This document shows positions 60,564 to 64,000 of a DNA stretch of 64,000 nucleotides, piece by piece. Position 1 is the first letter of the stretch, and each line of letters opens with the position of its first letter. The stretch is from Selaginella moellendorffii (Eukaryota; Plantae; Lycopodiophyta). The notes below the pieces were generated by a model. It worked only from the letters and a program-made list of their open reading frames with translations. It was not told the origin of the DNA and searched no databases. The stretch spans positions 654,184 through 718,183 of the forward strand of contig NW_003314272.1 of assembly GCF_000143415.4 (NCBI RefSeq), in the 5' to 3' direction. The position numbers and the translations under genes are program-made.

Positions 60564-62709
60564 TCACCATGTCGGAACGGTCTGCTCAAAAATGTGTCCT
60601 ACCCGCAGCAACTCCTCCTACAGATATGTTTATGTGACATGCATATGTAATATCATTGTCATGTAGCACTGACCTCCTCGAACGCGTTGCCAATCAGTTG
60701 CAATCCCACTGGAAGCTTAGAGCCCTCGTCCTCGATCAGACCGCAGGGCAACGACAATGCAGGTAGGCCAGCCATGTTCACATTAACCTGTGCACAGAAA
60801 GAATTTAAAACTCAAAAGTCATGGAACTGCAGGACGTAGCATCACCGTCATAAGATCTCCCAGATACATCGACAAGGGGTCCAGTACTTTCTCTCCTGCC
60901 ATGCCAAGACAATGAGATGACAAAAGACCAACACCAAAACCCCAGCAAGTGTCTAACCGATTTTGAAAGCTGGGCTAGGAGCCACGGGTGATAAAAGTAT
61001 GTGACCATCCTCCAAAGCTTTCTTGAAGTCTTGTTGAATCAAAGTTCGCACCTGGCATAACAATTGACAATGAATAAAAAAGGGCAGGATCTACGATACT
61101 TACCTGTTGTGCGCGTTTATAAAATGCATCATAATAGCCAGCTGACAACGCATAGGTTCCCATCAAAATGCGTCTTTTCACCTGATGAAATCCGGAAAAC
61201 AGTCAGGAAAAGTTTTCATAGTAACAAGTCTAACTTGCCTCTGCCCCAAATCCTTGTCCACGAGAAGCACCATACATTGCATTAAGCTCGTCTGCAACAA
61301 CTCGAGGGCCATATCTACAAGACAAATATCGTTAACCAGGAGATTAAATAACTTGTAAATTTGGTACCTTATACCGTCATAACGTGATAGATTGGATGAT
61401 GCTTCTGAAGCTGCCAGTACGTAATATGCAGGTAAACCAAGGGAGAAGGTAGGCAAAGAAACCTGGCAGTAATACACAGAGATTAGCCGCAGGACACATA
61501 GCTCGTTACCTCTTGAACCACAGCACCAAGCTTCTCAAGATGAACAACAGCGTTTTTCACCACTTGAGCTACCGCGGGCTCGACGCCTTCACCTATTGTC
61601 TCTTTTATGATCCCAAACTTCATCCCCGCCAAAGGGTTTCCCGGAAGTTCTTTGGCTGGCACTAATGCTTTCAAGTAGTTCGGAACTACCTGCACAACTG
61701 TAAACCCGTTAGTTCCAACAGGAATCACAGCACAAGACTCACCTTGGAGCTGGAAGTAGCATCAGCCGGATCGTGACCTGCTATAGCATTCAGAAGTAAC
61801 GAAACATCGTCAACTGAGGTGCCAAGGCATCCAACCACGTCGAGCGAGGAAGCATAGGCCATCAAACCGAAGCGAGAAACCCGACCATAAGTTGGTTTTA
61901 ATCCAACAACCCCGCAAAAAGACGCTGGCTGCCTTATGCTACCTCCAGTATCACTTCCCAGAGCGCAAGCACACTGTCCCGCCGCCACCGCGGCTGCTGA
62001 TCCTCCTGACGATCCTCCAGGAACGCGAGACAAGTCCCAAGGATTGGAAGTTACCTGTGAATGAGAACATAAGAAAACTTGTTGCAAACTATGACGAACA
62101 ACTTACTTGGTAAGCCGAGCTTTCGGTGGAGCTCCCCATGCCAAACTCGTCGAGGTTCGTCTTTCCTATGAGCACTGCCCCGGATTCTTTGAGCCTTTTC
62201 ACTGCCGTGGCATCGTATGGAGGCCTGTATCCATCCAAAATCCGGGAGCCTCCAGTAGAAGGCATGCCTTGCGTGCACAGATTATCCTTGATTGCGATGG
62301 GAATACCTGCAAGAGGCCCAGGATCATCGCCTCTGGCTAGCCTGCCGTCAATCTCCGCCGCCTCATCCAATGCGCTGCTGGAAATATGGAGGAAGCTCTT
62401 CACATCCGGCTCCTTCTCCCGCAATCGATCCAGATACTCCGTGACGATCTCCACGGCGCTGATCTCCTTCTTTCGCAGCTGCGTTTGGAGCCTAGAGATT
62501 TGCGATGCTGCCGGCTTGGATCTTGGAATGGCCGGCGATGCCAATATCGACGCGCTTGCCGTGGCCATGGCTGCTCTAAATCGGCAAGAGGATGGAGACA
62601 AATCACCTGCATTCCTGAAGAATCTGGCGCTGCGGGCATCGCCATAGCCGTGAGCTTGCGCCTGGCCATAGCCATGGGCATGCGCTTGGGCGCCCAACGA
62701 AGACGCCAT
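60564..62709 (-). CDS. gatA: Glutamyl-tRNA(Gln) amidotransferase subunit A (organellar), multi-exon
   Basis: [67 protein letters not shown]. Confidence 0.96.
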
Positions 62710-62826
62710 TGTGATATGCCCCCCGCGGGCATTAGCTAGGGTTTTTATTTTGCTAGGCCACATTTTTGTTTGATCCAGCTGCCGCTGGAATTTCCAAGAG
62801 GCGAGGCGGCAATCGATCCATCGGCG
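62710..62826. promoter_or_regulatory. 117-bp bidirectional promoter region between gatA and LIP2, with a telo-box
   Basis: Divergent ATGs at 62709 and 62827; CTAGGGTTT at ~62736-62744. Confidence 0.55.
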
Positions 62827-63915
62827 ATGGAGGCCAGCGCTCTTTCGCCAGCAATCTTGCCGCTTCCGATCGTCAAGGCGAGGTAAGGATCAAGCCTTGA
62901 TTATCACACAAGATTACCTCTCTTTCTTGCAGCAACAGTGTTAGCTATGCCTCGATCAAAACCAAGCCTGGAGTTCTTGCGCAATCCGCGGAAGAACGTT
63001 CACCGCTTATGAAGGAACGCCGGAGGTGAAGTGATTTTTTTAAAGGGAAGCTCTTTTGTGAAATTCCTTTCATTTTAGGTGCCAGTGCTATGATCTTTAT
63101 GACCAGCTCGTCCCTTACACAGATGCTTGGAGGTGGCAGAAAAGCATCGTGGCCGATTATGCGAAAGCTCTCAGCCAAGATCAAGGCAGCCCAGCGCTCG
63201 ACACCGTGATCTTGCTCCAACACACTCCCGTCTACACAATGGGGACTGGGAGCTCTTCCAAGTTCCTCAACTTTGCCACGGACGATCCTCCTCACGAGCT
63301 TCACGTTACTGAGAGAGGTGGAGAGGTAACTTACCATGGACCAGGCCAGGTACGAGCGATCGTCCTTCGAAAAGAGCTCGTCGAAGATAAACCCTCTTCT
63401 TTCTCCTTTGCAGCTTGTCATGTACCCCATTCTAAACTTGAGGAACTACAAGCTCGATCTCCACTGGTACCTCCGAGCTCTGGAAGAAGTGGTCATACGG
63501 GCGCTCTGGTCGGCGTACTCTCTCAGAGCTTCTCGCGTCGATGGCTTCACAGGCGTCTGGATTGGTATAACGCAACCTTTCTCCAAGTTTTCATTCTTTT
63601 CCTTTACGTCTTCCACCAGGAGAGGAGAAACTCGCGGCGATCGGAGTCCGTGTCTCAAAGTGGATCACCTTCCACGGCCTGGCGCTCAACGTCACCACCG
63701 ACCTCTCCCCCTTCAGCAAGATCGTTCCTTGCGGCATTCGCGACAAAGCCGTGGGGAGCGTCGCCAAGCTCGTCGATCCAGCGTCGTCCAACACAGCGAT
63801 GCTCAACCACGTCCACAGGCATTTGCTCCAGGCATTCTCCGACGTCTTCAACACAGAGCTGGTCCACCCAAGACAACAGCAATTACTATACAAACACGAT
63901 TATCATTCACTATAA
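62827..63915 (+). CDS. LIP2: Octanoyltransferase LipB/LIP2 (probably plastidial), multi-exon
   Basis: [51 protein letters not shown]. Confidence 0.95.
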
Positions 63916-64000
63916 TTAATCACACCATTGTCACAAGCTATACATTATTGTCAAGTTCTCGGGATCGAGCTAGCTTAGTTCCATGGCTCCTGGTTGTAGC

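Overview
Eukaryotic plant nuclear DNA with very short introns (about 45-65 nt) and tightly packed genes. The style suggests the lycophyte Selaginella (inference, not checked). Bases 1-19.8 kb are a transposon island with four parts. (a) A decayed multi-exon gene with a degenerate DNA amino-methyltransferase-like domain and an FCP1-type HAD phosphatase, whose introns share a 22-bp palindrome. (b) A chromodomain-integrase remnant whose putative LTR carries a Cassandra-like 5S rRNA promoter segment. (c) An old Ty3/gypsy element with ~175-bp LTRs. (d) A younger full-length chromovirus (LTRs, TSD, PBS, PPT) whose integrase is interrupted by two apparent spliceosomal introns. Bases 20.3-64 kb hold about 20 host genes: At1g73970-like, F-box pseudogene, MEX1, BOR/SLC4-like, PLS-PPR, NFD2, WDR53-like, tRNA-Arg(CCG), NSR-like RRM, eIF4B-motif/zinc-knuckle, PR-1, GPAT, trihelix TF, HAD hydrolase, SGNH/PC-esterase-like, SHMT, uL18-like, a solitary retrotransposon accessory-domain ORF, GatA and LIP2. 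All calls come from reading the sequence and remembered family motifs; no searches were run.
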